Of a stretch of 64,000 nt of DNA, positions 1 through 13,489 are shown piece by piece; within the stretch, counting starts at the first letter, position 1, and the number at the start of each line of letters is the position of its first letter. The DNA is taken from assembly GCF_036321535.1 (NCBI RefSeq), contig NC_087472.1:95482001-95546000 (forward strand). Direction: 5' to 3'. The position numbers and the translations under genes were made by a program. The notes under the pieces are model-generated. The model worked only from the letters and a program-made list of their open reading frames with translations. It was not told the origin of the DNA and ran no database searches. Origin of the DNA: Camelus dromedarius (taxonomy: Eukaryota).

Positions 1-829
1 TAGCGCAGAGGAATGGCTGCAGACTGGGGATATGGGAGGCTGCTGGATTCCAATTAACTTCGCCACTTAACTTTGATTGCTGTGTTACTCTGGATGAACT
101 CGCCGTTTATTACTAAATGGGGGTAAGGATCTCAAAGATTAATGATGGCACTGATTGTAGCTACACAATAGGACCCAGATGTTCCCATACTTATTGCTTC
201 CTCTCCTTGACCCTCTTTCCTGCAATTATTAGAGAAAAAAACGCAAATATGGCATTTATGAAACCTGACACAAGCCCAGACTACTGAGATGGTCTGGGTC
301 TAAACTCCAAATAACACTTTGCCTATATTCAGATTTCCTAAGTTACATAATACCATAACAGAGATTCTAAAAGGGGAAGGAAAAAAAAAGGCATGCTGTA
401 TACCTGAAAGTGGGAATAGAGAAAAGTTGAAAACACATTGAACATGTGTAATTGTTTTATATCAAAGCCAAATTTTGATGAAAAAGATATATTCTGCTGT
501 ATATCAAGTTCATGTATCACAAAATCAGTCATAGAAAATATTCCATACTGAGGGCTCTGCAAAGTACACACTATATACATATCTCATCCGTTTTTAGGCT
601 AATTTTACTGGTCAGTCATCTCTTTCACAGTTTAGGAATTTAATCTATCACTTTCATCACTCTCAATTAATTTCCTACCTACCATAGAATTTTGGTTGGG
701 AAATCTTAAAAGAACTCTGGTCCATCTAGAATTGCAATCAGATTTTATCGCAGCTCATCAAAGGTCTTACAAAACTAACAGATCAAAGACCAATTACACT
801 GTAAACCTCCCAGTACACTGCAGGGGCAA

Positions 830-1215
830 GGAAGAAAGATGACTAGTTGTCCACAAATCTGGTTCCTTTTTTCTCCCTGTCTACCTGGCCCTCTTGCAGT
901 TAGGCATGACTGTGTGATGAATTCTGGCAAATGAACTAAGTGGAAGAGAGTAGACGAGACATGTTTCCCTCTGGCACAGAGGCAGTGAGGGAGGCCTACA
1001 TCATCCTTCTTGGCTCCTGCCTGTCTTCAGCAAATGTGGAGCCATGTGTCGTGAAGGTGGAATCACAAGATGGTACCTGCCTGGATTTCTGAGTCACTTA
1101 CTGCTTGGAAGGAAGCTTCCCTGGAGAATCTCTAGAATGCCAACAGACTTTACGTGAGGAAGAAATAAGCTATTGGTGGGGGTGGTTACCATAGCATCAC
1201 CTATCCTACCATAAC
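830..1215 (+). mobile_element. MaLR (MLT1-type, J/H-like) solo LTR, old
   Basis: Resembles MLT1 consensus motifs (ctcttgcagttaggcatgactgtgtga..., ggatttctgagtcac, gaagaaataagct...ttaccatagcatcacctatcct). Boundaries approximate. Confidence 0.65.
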
Positions 1216-2084
1216 TAGGAAGGCAGATTCTCAAAGTGAAGATATTTAATATATTAATATTAATGGTGATTTCATAAATGTAACCATCAGACCAAGAGAT
1301 CACTGAGTTGATGTGATAGCACATCTAATATTAACACACAGATATATAAAACTGTATTTTTATATCCCTAGTCCAAAAAAACTTTCTAAATTTATGATCA
1401 AATCTATGTAATATTTACCTTGTCTGAAATTTAATTTGAGGATCTACTAGTTAGAGTTACCCTAATTTTTGGCATCAGACATAAATCATTGAATTGTTGA
1501 ATCCTATTTTACCTAAAAATGAAAAAAAAAAAGAAAAACCAAAGACAATCTAATATATTATATTTTTCCTGCCCCAGGCCCACAAATATACCTTACCTCT
1601 TCACAAACACATCACACACAGGCACACAGGGTCAAAGAAACAGAGGCACAGTCCATTGTATGCTAGAGCTCTGCTAAGCACCAAGAATAGAGAGCTAAAT
1701 AAAACAGGATCACTACCCTCCAAGAGGAAGAAGGGGGAAGATCACACAAAAAATGATGGTGGAGTGTCATAAGATTTGTGATCCAGGTGATGGTGGGAGC
1801 TCAGTGGAAGGAGAAACTGATTCTACCCAGAGGAAGGTGAAGATGCCACCAAAGAAAAGGTGACACAAACTAAGGCACATGAGGGAGTAAGAATTTTCTA
1901 GGTGGACATGGAATAGATATGAATTCCAGGGAAAGGCACAGCACATACAAGCAATCAAGTCACAAAAGCTCGCCAAGTATTTAGAGACTTGCTGAAAAAT
2001 TGTATGCTTGTAGGACAATTGTGGGATATGAGTTCAGAAGAGCAGGTCAAAACAGCATCAAAAGAGCACATCTTAAGTCAAGCT

Positions 2085-2541
2085 TTCCCAGGCATCTATT
2101 GCTGCCTAATATAAGCCACTTCAGAACTCAGTGATTCAAAACAATGGTTGCTTTAGCTTGACTGCACTTACTCGGTGGTTCTTTTTTTGAGGTCTATGCT
2201 TTTGTTGTCAGATGTTGGCTGGGCGTGCAGTCTATCTGAAAGCTCAATCAGTTGGGCTAGAGGTTCGAGATAGCTCACTCTCATGGATGGCAATGACTGC
2301 TGAGAACATAGCTAGAATTGTCAACTAGAGCACCACACTTGGCCTCTCCACATGACTTGGACTTGTCATGGGATGGCAGCCTCAACTCCTGGACCCAAAA
2401 ACTGCAATAGCATTACTTCAGTCACATTTTTTTTTAGTCAAAAGTCTCAGAGCCCATCTATACTCAATGACAGTTAACAAAGACTCCATTTTGCAAGGGG
2501 AAGAGCATCAAAGAATATGTGGCCATTTTTAATCTGCCACA
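2085..2541 (-). mobile_element. MaLR (MLT1-type) solo LTR
   Basis: Starts ...tctattgctgcctaa..ccact.cagaactcagtgattcaaaacaa and ends gaatatgtggccatttttaatctgccaca, typical of a reversed MLT1. Confidence 0.7.
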
Positions 2542-2720
2542 CAGGACAACAGTTTGAACTGAAGGCATTAAATGAAAAGCCAACACATACTTTTAAACAG
2601 GAGATGGATAAAACAGAGGTATATTTGAGAACAATGACTCTGATGGTAGAGTAAAGATGGACTAGATAGTGGAGGTGGAGAAGGGAATGTAGATGCTCAA
2701 TTAAGAAGAAATGAGTCCAC

Positions 2721-2780
2721 ATTATGCTGTACACCAGAAATTGATGCATTGTAACTGACTATACTTCAATTTAAAAAAGG
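2721..2780 (+). mobile_element. Extremely 5'-truncated young L1 (about 60 bp of 3' end)
   Basis: Matches the 3' tip of the other young L1s here (attatgctgtacaccagaaattga..cattgtaactgactatacttcaat). TSD agaagaaa(tg/ca)agtccac at 2704-2720 and 2781-2797. Confidence 0.85.
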
Positions 2781-3080
2781 AGAAGAAACAAGTCCACGTG
2801 AGAAACTATAAGGGTTTGAGATCCTGATAGCCTCTATAAGGCTGCCAAGGGGAGAACAGAATCAAGAAAATTTAAGACATAAATGACAGGACTTGGTGGC
2901 CTCTTGGATACAGGGACAAAAGAGGGAAAGAGAGGAGATCAAAGTCACTTCCAGGCATCTAGGTACATGTCTAAGTTATATGAAAAAATGAGAATACAAA
3001 TTTCCATTATATGAAAAAGAAGACTTCAGAAAAAGAAAGTAGGACGGTGAGGGGCACAAAGGGAATGAATCACAAGTACA

Positions 3081-3333
3081 ATTTTATTTTATTTTATTTT
3101 ATTTCTCACTGAAGTATAGTTGATTGACAATGTTGAATTAGTTTCTGGTGTACAGTCTAGTGATTCAGTTTTATATATATATATATATATTTCTCTTCAT
3201 ATTCTTTTTCACTATAGGTTATTACAAGATATTGAATGTGGTTCCCTGTGCTATACAGTAGGACCCTGTTGTTTATCTATTTTATATACAGTAGTTTGTA
3301 TCTGCTAGTCCCAAACTCCTAATGTATCCTTCC
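3081..3333 (-). mobile_element. L1 3' UTR fragment
   Basis: T-rich tail (attttatttt)n followed by reverse L1 3'UTR (gaagtatagttgattgacaatgttg...gttccctgtgctatacagtagg). Confidence 0.85.
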
Positions 3334-4829
3334 AAGCTCCAAGGAATAAGCACATTTCTTCCAATGGACAAAAAATAAGTTTGTTTTTAAGGGAATAAAC
3401 ATTAGACATTGCATTTCTCCAGCACTCACTGCTATCTTCCTGATCTTTTCTCTGTTCAAGAAAGTAAACGTGTATTTGCAAACGAAGAAATATTTTCCTT
3501 CCTCTTTTAAACTTTATAGAGTATTCCTTGGCAAACTTGTCAAGATTCTATCACCTGGTGATAGAATTTAATTTAATTTCAGATCTCTGCCTATATTAGA
3601 AGAAATGGGAGATTTTATACACTCTAAGTTTGCCATTCAAGATGCAAAACATTCATTTTCTACAAAGCAGTATTCCACGACCCGCCATTTTTTCAGAGCC
3701 ATCTTTCAGGATGTAATTAGCTTACAATATGATCACCTACAAGTGATTGGCTTTAGCCATTTCAAGTCTGCCCCTACTTGATTCCCCTGGCAGCACTGAA
3801 CTGAGATCAATAATCTCCATAAACATCTACTCAGATGACCCAGTCATCTCCACTCTGTAAATGAATGGAATGCCAGCTACAGACGCTTCCGCACCAAGCA
3901 TTAAAAATAACATCAGTGCTCCTACTGCTAAGCGTTAGTACTGCCCAATAACGGCTCATGGCAGACGGTAACAAAGCACAAGCCTCACAGAAACTCCACG
4001 TTATTGAGGAAACTCTAAATGATCCAACGTGTCACAGAATGTATATATTGACTCCGGGATTATACCCATACCCTGCAATGGAAAATGGTTTGAAAAAAAT
4101 ATTTTCATAGGATCTTTATTTTTAAATTAATTTTATTATCACACAGTATCATCAAGCTTCATCTCAGTATGGAAAATCCCATTAATACTGGAAAATCCAA
4201 TTTCTCTGGATCTCACCATTCCTCTGAGATTTCTAGCCCCACCCAGGTATCTCACTCACATGCCACTTAACCATTTATTTCTAGCCATCACCAAGGAGTG
4301 TCTCATGTGGACTCATGAACAAGTTCCATCAGTTCACACATGACACTATTTCTTGAACCTCTTAAACCTGCCCCCTTCAGTGGTGACTGCCAAGGCCCCC
4401 ACCTGTGATAAAGCTATGTGAAGGTACCTGGCCTCCTCCTCTGTCATCGTGGTCACACCTCTTCCCATGGGATATATACCACTTCCAATACCTTGTGGCT
4501 TTTATGATCTGGAGCCCTGGATGAATTATTTCCCAAAGATCATCTCATCCCCTCTTGTAAATGGTCTGCTTCAGATGCATCCCATCTAGCTGCCAGATAT
4601 ATTCAAGTGGGTCTCTGGGCCTAGCGGCTATTCCAGGCCAAGGCATCTACAACCATTACTAGTACATCTCACAAAACAAGCTCATTGGGCCTTTGAGCCA
4701 AAGTGGGGTAAACATTCCAAATGAAACTGTTTCTTTACTTGTATTTGTTTTCCCCTGTTTTAAAACATCAGTGAGCAGGCAGACAAGGATGCTCCATGCC
4801 CTCATCCTTCCATGGAAACATTTTTAACA

Positions 4830-5170
4830 GTAACTATATACTGACTAAAATAACTTTATAAGAGTTCTGGAAACTAGTCAAAGATCTACAGCAATCAAAC
4901 AAACACCTAATCACGAAAAAGGCACACTGAACATGGTTGAAATTTTGTGATGTTTTTACTTGCCTTCATCCCCTCCCTCCCCAGTGCAGTATAGTCAGGA
5001 GGAAATGGCCCAATTCCTGCTTCCCTCCCTCAGGCAAGAAGGAGAACAGAAGGACATATTTGCAACATATTTAATCTGTCTGCGGTATCTAGCCCTTGGC
5101 AGAAAAGATTTGTCAACCCCTAATCTAGAGAGGAAAGTGAATTCAGTCAAAAAGACTAATCAGGATGCCA
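4830..5170 (+). mobile_element. Old L1M 5'-region fragment
   Basis: Degenerate similarity to L1M 5' sequences (aataactttataagagttctggaaactagtcaaag...). Family uncertain. Confidence 0.4.
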
Positions 5171-5550
5171 CAAAGTAAGCAGGGTTTGAGGTCATGTCTA
5201 GAGTGGGTAGTTGACAACAAGAATAAAGAAGAAATTAATCCAAGAGATAACAAGGGCACAAAATGTAGTTAAATTAAGCCAGGGAGGCAGTCACGAGGCA
5301 CAAAAATAAAGCCATTTCCAAACAGATGAATGGGAAAATTATTGGCCAACAGGGAATTTAGGAAGAGAAAGATCATTCTGTTAAGAGCTCTGGATATGAC
5401 TGAGTTTGAGGTGGTAATAAGAAATGCAAGTAGAAATCAGACGAGTGGGAAGCTTTAAACTCTAGGTCCCTAGCCATCAATGTGGACATCATGGCTGAAA
5501 GCTGGGGGGGATGATGAGCTGTGCAGGAGAAACAATATAAAGAGAAGACC

Positions 5551-6331
5551 CAAATGCTGGAGAGGGTGTGGAGAAAAGGGAACCCTCCTACATGTTGGTG
5601 GGAATGTAGTTTGGTGCAGCCAGCATGGAAAACAGTATGGAGAGTCCTTAAAAAACTAAAAATAGACTTACCATATGATCCAGCAATCCCACTCCTGGCC
5701 ATATACCCAAAGAAAAATATAATTCAAAAAGACACATGGACCCCAACATTCATAGCAGCACTATTTACAACAGCCAAAACATGGAAACAACCCAAATGTC
5801 CATCAGGAGATGACTGGATAAAGAAGATGTGGTATATACACACAATGAAATACTACTCAGCCATAAAAAAGAAAAAATAATGCCATTTGCAGCAGCATAG
5901 ATGTACCTGGAGATTGTCATAGTAAGTGAAGTAAGCCAAAAGGAGAAAGAAAAATACCATATGATATCACTTGTATGTGGAATCTAAAAGAAAGACCCAA
6001 ATTAACTTATTTACAAAATAGAAACAGAGTCACAGACATAGAAAACAAACTTACAGTTATGTGGGGTGGGGAGGAGGTAGGAAGGGATAAACTGGAAGTT
6101 TGAGATTTGTAGATACTAACTACTACATACAAAATAGATAAACAATAAAGTCCTACTGTATAGCACAGGAAACTATAGTCAGTATCTTGTAGTAACCTAT
6201 AATGAAAAAGAATATGAAAACAAATATATATATGTATATGTATGCCTGAAACATTATGCTGTACACCAGAAATTGATACAGCATTGTAAACTGACCATAC
6301 TTCAATAAAAAGAGAAAAAAAGAAAAAGAGG
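5551..6331 (+). mobile_element. 5'-truncated L1 (ORF2 C-terminus + 3'UTR + A tail)
   Basis: ORF track 5521-5880 gives [16 protein letters not shown]...[11 protein letters not shown]...WKQPKCPS (L1 ORF2), then a frameshift in an A run. TSD aaagagaaga(c/g)ccaa at 5539-5553 and 6332-6346. Confidence 0.93.
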
Positions 6332-7973
6332 AAAGAGAAGAGCCAATGGGCAGGACTGTGAGGACAACAAAGATCTACATTTAATGAGCAAAGGTGAGAC
6401 TTTCAGTCATTCACCAAACACAGGTATTGCTAAATAGAAAAGCTTATATCATTTCCTAACATTGTAAATACATTCTCACTTTATACATACTATTAAAAAT
6501 CTCTATTGAATGCCTAACAGGTACAAAGCATGTGTCAGATGGTAGAGAAAAACAGGAAAGGACTTGATTCCTGTGCTACAAAGAGTTTCTAACTTATTGG
6601 GGAAGGGCAAGGAAAGTGAACAGAGTTGTGAGACTGAATGACAACTTGGGGAAGAATGAGGATGGGGTAGGTCTAAGAAGTAACCAACTTCAAGGTTACA
6701 CATTAAAATACGAAAGTTACATACATAATGCATGTGGCATACTTTACAATTTCATTTTATTGCTCTATAGTAGCTGTAGAGAGTGCTCCCAAGCCTAGAA
6801 GCCTGGAAATGATAGCTCTTAAATCTTACTCTTCTATTGTCCACCGTTGAACATTGCAGGCATTAAGTATTTCCAGAGGGGTACCATGGTAACATCAATA
6901 GACTTGACTTTGACTTATGATTACCCCACTCTCTCTACAACATGCTCTTTGAGTCATGTGCTGCTCTCCTTGACAAAACCAGACCTCCATTGTGCTACTT
7001 AGACATGGAGGAAAGTAAATTTATCAATAAAACCTCCTAGACAGATTCCTTCTAATCTATCAAAAAATCAGGGCCTTAGGGCATCAACGCTCACCCTAGC
7101 TGTGCTCTTTTTCTGCAAGGTAATGGCAGAACTGCAACACAATCAGGGAAGCATTTTTTTCTCGAGCTGGCTTTTAATCACATCATTTTATAATGTAAAT
7201 AGCAGAAGTGGCTTATACTGACTCTGAGACCATGGAATCCTCCTGGGGCTGCCATACTTCTACTGGCTAAACTTTAATAATACCCAGGGGTAAGTGAGAA
7301 ATGTGCCAAGGCAAAATCCACACTGTTTAGACAGTGTCTCAGGAAAAAAAATGTAAAAAAACAAAACCTCTCTTTTTAGACAAATCCCCTGATTCAAAAA
7401 AAAAGAAATAATCTTGATAGACCAGTTAAGAAAAATCTCTGCTTCTGAAGAGATCAACCTCTGGGAAAGTCTTCAAATGATAAAGTTAGCAGTCACAGTG
7501 ATTGAAAGGGGACATTATACTTTAAAATGTAATGCTGTTAGGACAGATGTGGTTAGGAAAAGAAAGAAATAAAAAGACTACAGTGCATATATCCAGAAAA
7601 CTAAAATAGAAATAAAAATGCCTACTTTGCCATGTTTTCTGAGAAGCTACTATATTTATCCCTTTTCAGTTAAGCAGGAAAACAAGGCTTGAGTTGAAGA
7701 TATCCTCCTTGTCAGGTTAAAAAGTGATCAACGATCAGATGAACTATCGTAAACTGATGGGGTTTTATTCCAATCAATTATTTGCTGCTCCTTGAAGGTC
7801 CCTTTTCCTCATCCAATAGGAAATTGCCTTGCTTAGAAATGAAAAACAACATCCATCAATCTACACGTTTTATTATATACATAAAAATCCCTATTTTACC
7901 CCCAGCCAATGTTTCATGGGGTCACATCACCCTGTCTAAACAGTAGTGGAGTTCTAGAATTAAGAAAGTTCTG

Positions 7974-8292
7974 GACTCACAGACATAGAATACAGACTTG
8001 TGGTTGCCAGTGGGGAGAGGGGTGGGAAGGGATAAACTGAGAGTTCGAGATTTGCAGACACTGAATGGTATATATAAAGTAGATAGATAAGTTTATACTA
8101 TATATCACAGGGAAATATATTCAATATCTTGTAGTAGATCACGGTGAAAAAGAATATGAAAATGAATATATGTATATTCATGTATGACTGAAGCACTGTG
8201 CTGTACACCAGAAACTGACACATTGTAAATTGACTATACTTCAATTTTAAAAAATTATAAAAGCAACAATCTAAAACAAAGCAAAACAAAAC
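7974..8292 (+). mobile_element. Young L1 3' UTR fragment
   Basis: Clear homology to the 3'UTR at 55440-55720. TSD aaagttctg at 7965-7973 and 8293-8301. Confidence 0.9.
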
Positions 8293-9287
8293 AAAGTTCT
8301 GTTAAAGTATTTGCATAATAAAAAGCTTCATGCACTTATGTTCAAGTCACAGCTATGTAACAAATCAGAGTTACCTATGGAACCAACCCATTTGGCTTGG
8401 TTTTCCAATTTCTTTAAGAATAAACAACTTTTTTTTTTCTCAGAGCATCTTAGAGTTGACCAGATTTTCCTTACGGTGAGGATTGGATTTGGGGTGAACA
8501 TCAAGGAAAGTGTTTTCTCTAGATTTAAATAATGTTGTTTCATAAACAAGGCTGCTACCACCAAGTAAGAGATACACAAAAAGAGGCTCACTAGAAAAGC
8601 AGACTTTTAAGGAAAGAGAATGCATATTACATTGGAAATTCTGCAAAACCCAAAGAAAGAAGCAGTTGAGGAGAGGGCAGAGTAGTTGGATATGTCTTTC
8701 ATTTAGCCACAAAGCATTTATAGCACAAAATCATGTCAGTTCTTGTCCACATAACCAACATGACTGGGTCCCTAAGGCATCCAGCTGGATTTCAGAGTAA
8801 TTTTGCTGCTACAGAAGCCATTGCATAGATCATGAGGGTTGATCTGGTGAATCTGCTGCTTTGCAGGTATTTCATTCTTCTCCTATGTGTGTTTCCCTAG
8901 AAGCTCTGTAATTGACCAAAATGTATAACTGTCCTTGAGAGGAGAGACACATTCTTCACTCAAAATACACAAGTAACCAAGCTTCAGGGACAGACATTTT
9001 CACTGTGCCTTCCAACCCACCTTGCAATCCACCAATATTTCACCTTTCAAAACCCATCACCAGGAAATTTATCATCATTTTCTTGGCACTGTTAATTAAG
9101 TGAATTACAGTGATTTATACCTGCAACTACTTTGAGTTAATTATTTTTATAATTATATAACATGCTATTCACACTACTTTTAAAACTACAACCACCATAG
9201 GCAGGACTACGTATATATGTAAGTGACCACCTACTTCAGACATTTGCATAATAATGGAATTTGTCATTGTAAATGAAGACTATTTCT

Positions 9288-9746
9288 TTCTTTATTTATT
9301 TATTTTTAATTCTTATTTTTTATTGAAGTGTAGTCAATTTACAATGTTAGTTTCAGGTGTATAGTAAAGCGATTCAGTTATACATATACACATACACATA
9401 TATATATACATGTATATATATATTCAGTTTCTTTTCCATTACAGCTCACTACAAGAAACTGAATATAGTTCCCTGTGCTAGACAGTAGGTCTTTGTTGTT
9501 CATCTATTTTATATATAGCAATATATATATCTGTTAATCCCAAACTCCTAATCTATCCCTCCCACCTCCCCTTCTTCTCTGGTAACCACAGTTCATTTTC
9601 TATTTCCATGAGTCTGTTTCTGGTTTGTAAATAAAATTTGTATTTTATTTTTAGATCCCATATATAAGTGACATCATATGGTATTTGTCTTTCTCTGTCT
9701 GACTGACTTTACTTAATATGATAATCTCTAGGTCCATCCACATTGC
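9288..9746 (-). mobile_element. L1 3' end
   Basis: T-rich tail plus reverse L1 3'UTR/ORF2 end. TSD aaatg(a/c)agactatttct at 9271-9287 and 9747-9763. Confidence 0.9.
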
Positions 9747-11411
9747 AAATGCAGACTATTTCTAATCAACATTATAAATAAATCCTGCCAAATTCATCTT
9801 TGAAGCCTCTGGTTTACACAGGCACTGTTCCATAATGTCGAATTTTAGATATTAAAAATTTAATACTAATATTTCTTCTATTTGCATGAGCAGAAAATGT
9901 GTTTCCTGGCTCTTAGAGCCCAAGCTATTAACTTTATTAAATAAATAAGCAATTTGTTCTCTTCAAAGTGAACTGTCAGCTTAATTGTTCCACCTTAAGA
10001 GTATCTTATTTTTCAGTTCGCCTGGACCACACACATTCCAGGTTTCCCTCACTGAGTAGACCACTGGTCAACAGCTGCTGTTTAGAAAAATCAAACATTT
10101 CTGTGTGTTTGGTGTGGAGATAGAGGGCTTACTTGGAACTTAACCTAAAACCTCATTTAGTGAACAAGACACACCTTTTATTCAAAGACTGAACTATACT
10201 TTAAAGTCTTGGAACACTGATGCCACAAGGTTGATAACTGAGTTTCACTTTATTGCTACAGAAACAAAACATCTCAAAGCAAACAGGAAAACAACATTCA
10301 GTAATCCATCCAAGACAACATCAAATTTAATTTGGCACACCTGAAGGGTCAAGCATCCAGCCGGGCAACATTGATTAAACTCTTTCAGCAAAGATCAATC
10401 GAAGAGATGTCAGCAGAGTCATCACAAGAGAGAACCATCCAATTCTAAACTGTCAACAAACAGAATTCTGTGAGATCTGGGTTTCCGCTTTGCAATGGTT
10501 GGATCTTGGATATACTGATGGCATCATCCAGATTTTTAGATTTCTACCTTACAAAAATTTGGGGAAAACCTTTTATATTTTACTTTATATTTGGAAATAT
10601 TAATAACTACTCACTTGTACGAGTAAACAAAAAGGATGACTCCCTTTGGGTTTGGAGTTGGTTAGCTTCACTGGGCGTAAGGAAGACAATCAGCAGAGTC
10701 AACCACCTGAATAAATATCATATATCATTTAAGAGGATATGGAAATACACTCAGACTAAAAACATCTTATTTGCCATCTTGCCTTAATGCCTGAATTTCC
10801 ATCAACATTCAATCATTTCTTATCACTATCTCCAGATGTCTCCTTAAAAAAGCAAATATTCTTGGGGAGGGGAGTGTACTCAGGGTTGCAACATCCATAC
10901 AGGATACCTTTTATGAATTAGAAAAAGGCTCCCTATTGGTCAAATGCTGCTGCACTGAAGCAAGGCTGTGGCTCTGGGTTCAATTTTAGCCCTCAACAGT
11001 CCTGCCAGCCTGTAGCATTCATGTATAATAATACTAGGTTACCTGCTGATAGTCAATAAACCCAGCACTTATTTCCTTGGGAGCTTCTATACTGCTTTTG
11101 ATGCTTTTGAAAAGTAATCTCTCAACTACCCTAGGCAAAACCTTCTTGAGAGACCCCCAAATGAAACTTTACCAATAGCATATTAACAATCCTGAGAAAA
11201 AACAGGTTTTAGGCTGCACGTGCCTGGTACCTCAAGAACAGTTGATCCAACCAAACCTCTTATCCCTGACATCCTTGATGGCTGCCACAAAAGGAGACCC
11301 TCTACATCACCTAATGTTATTTAGTTTCACCCCTCACCGTCTCCTAACCCCCAACCAACTCTCTCCACCTGAAAAGCTTCTTCCAAAACTTTTATTTCTG
11401 GAGTTTTGATT

Positions 11412-11615
11412 CAATAGTGTACTAGAGCTGGTTCACATGGGCCTGCCGGGCAAGCTGGGCGCATCCCCTCCCAACTCTACATTCAGTAATGTTATGTTGG
11501 TAGCCTGAAATCAGCCATAATGGCAGTATTTATACTATGAAAATCAGCAAACACTACAAATCAAGGCTTTTTCTAATGAAGAGATAATTTTTAAACACTT
11601 AACAACACATTACTG
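11412..11615. mobile_element. MER63-like hAT (Blackjack) DNA transposon fossil
   Basis: Degenerate terminal inverted repeats caatagtgtactag...caacacattactg, with internal gttggtagcctgaaatcagccat..gtatttatac..gaaaatcagcaaac. Confidence 0.7.
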
Positions 11616-12333
11616 CTATATTTTCAGAAAGTAATAAATTCTCCCACTCTCTCACAAAATTAGTTCTTTCTTTTCATTAATATTTTTTAAATCAGTCAGC
11701 TAAAATCCAGTTCTCCCAAGATACCATCATTCACCTTGAAACCCTCTCAAGCTGAAGTAGGTCATTTGCCATATTCTTGTTACAGATTTCTTTGGGGAAG
11801 CCATTTAAAGCATTATATTGAAGGAATACTTTTTCTTTATGCCATTATAGCATCCAATGTGTAATTCTATAATTATTTGCCTCATCACATTAAATTTTGC
11901 TATACATCTGCTTCCTCACTTTCCTGAAAGCTTCCTGAGGGCAGGAGCCATGTAATACTAACCTTTGTACACCCAGGAGATTCTTCTTGCTTCCTATTGC
12001 TGTTAAAAAACCATTACTCTGTTCAACCTCCTACAGAAACATTTCAGTTTTGAAGATTGTATCACCTGATTCTACTTTCCTCCGCATCTCCTCCTTGTAG
12101 TCACATGTACATCTTGAGCAGCTCCCTCACATTCAATGAGAACTTACAGTCCTCCTTTTAAACCTAAGCCCTGCTTTCATGCTAGGCAACTTCAGCATCT
12201 TTGAGGATATCTCCTGTAACGTACAGCCACAAAGATGCACTAGCTTTTCAACCCCATTCTACTTCAGCTAATATCTCCTAAGACCATGTCCTGGACCTTC
12301 ATTTCTCCAGCAAATTTTCCACTTAAAACATAC

Positions 12334-12870
12334 TATGGGAGAGCAAGAATAATTTCCCCTCTACTATTTCAGGTTCTTGGCTGAGATCCCTCTGGAATAA
12401 AAGACAGATTAACAAGAGAAAAACAGAAGTTTAATATCATGTATACCTCCTGTATACATGGGAGAGACCCAGGAAAAACAGTAACTCCCTGAAATGGCCC
12501 AAGCCATCACCTAAGTACCAACTCCAGCTAAAGACAAAAGAAGATGCTGGATGTTGGGGGAGGCAGTTATGGGAGGCTATCAGGAAAAGCACAGTAAACA
12601 AGGGTATGATTGTTATGCAGATTTAAGTCGTTGCCTTCTCCATCGATAAGACTGTCTAGAGACTTAGTCACCCTTCTCTCTGGGTACAAAGAGGGAGACA
12701 CCCTTACAAATGGAGATTTCCCTTAAACATGTAATGTCTCTTGCAAAAGGTAACTTCTGCTTGGTTTTCAGAGCTTTTCCTGTGTCTGCAGTTTCTTAAA
12801 AATAATCAGCTCAAAATAATCTTTACATCAATGAGACCTATTTTGCAGTGGCAAGTCCTGCTCCCTTTCA
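12334..12870 (-). mobile_element. ERV1 solo LTR, MER34/MER39-like (copy A)
   Basis: Reverse-complement homolog of 22902-23425 and direct homolog of 18723-19252. Ends ...gctccctttca. TSD not convincing (atac/atgt). Confidence 0.85.
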
Positions 12871-13489
12871 ATGTCAAATTCCAAGTTCACACTGGCTGAA
12901 ACAACATCTATTCTTCTACTACACTTATGTTTAACTTAGCCAGACTACCTATAAGGTTTCCTCTATTCTTCCTTTTTCTCTCAAGTTATCAAACCCTTCC
13001 AGTTCAACAAATTTCCCTATAAAACTTAAATTCCACAAAGAACCATTTCAATCACTTTCTTGCCAGCACTTTCAAGTCATTTTCATCTGTTATCCCTCAT
13101 TGGTATTGACCCTAACTTCACTCAACCTCCCATGAGGACTAGCAGCCACCTTCTCTCCTCCTCTACCAATCTGCTGAGCCTTCCAAGAGAAAGAGAAAAA
13201 AGACAACTGCACGGATAGGTTTCATAACAGAGTCATGGTCTCCAACTGCAGGCAGCCTCCAAGTGGCTCTCAGCAATCCTTCTATAATTACTTAATCTGC
13301 TCTTGTGTTGTTAAAATTTTTTATTGTGGTAAAGTATATATAATATTTATCATTTCAACTATTTGTGTCTTGCTTTGATTTTTACAACAGTTTTTCTGAA
13401 CATTTACCACTTTCCTAGAAACCCCTACCCTATTCCTATCCATTTTCAGCTTTTCTCCTGAATCATAGCAAAAAGTAAGGTTCTTATGT

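Larger units (their letters stand above)
1655..2990 (-). mobile_element. L2 LINE fragments, interrupted by an MLT1 LTR and a tiny L1
   Basis: Degenerate reverse-L2 motifs (ctctgctaagcacc..aaataaaacagg; aaatgacaggacttggtggc..ttggat; gatcaaagtcacttccagg). Confidence 0.55.

Noticed and set aside
10341..10547. Minus-strand coding exon candidate
   Set aside because: Stops in all three frames and weak splice sites.
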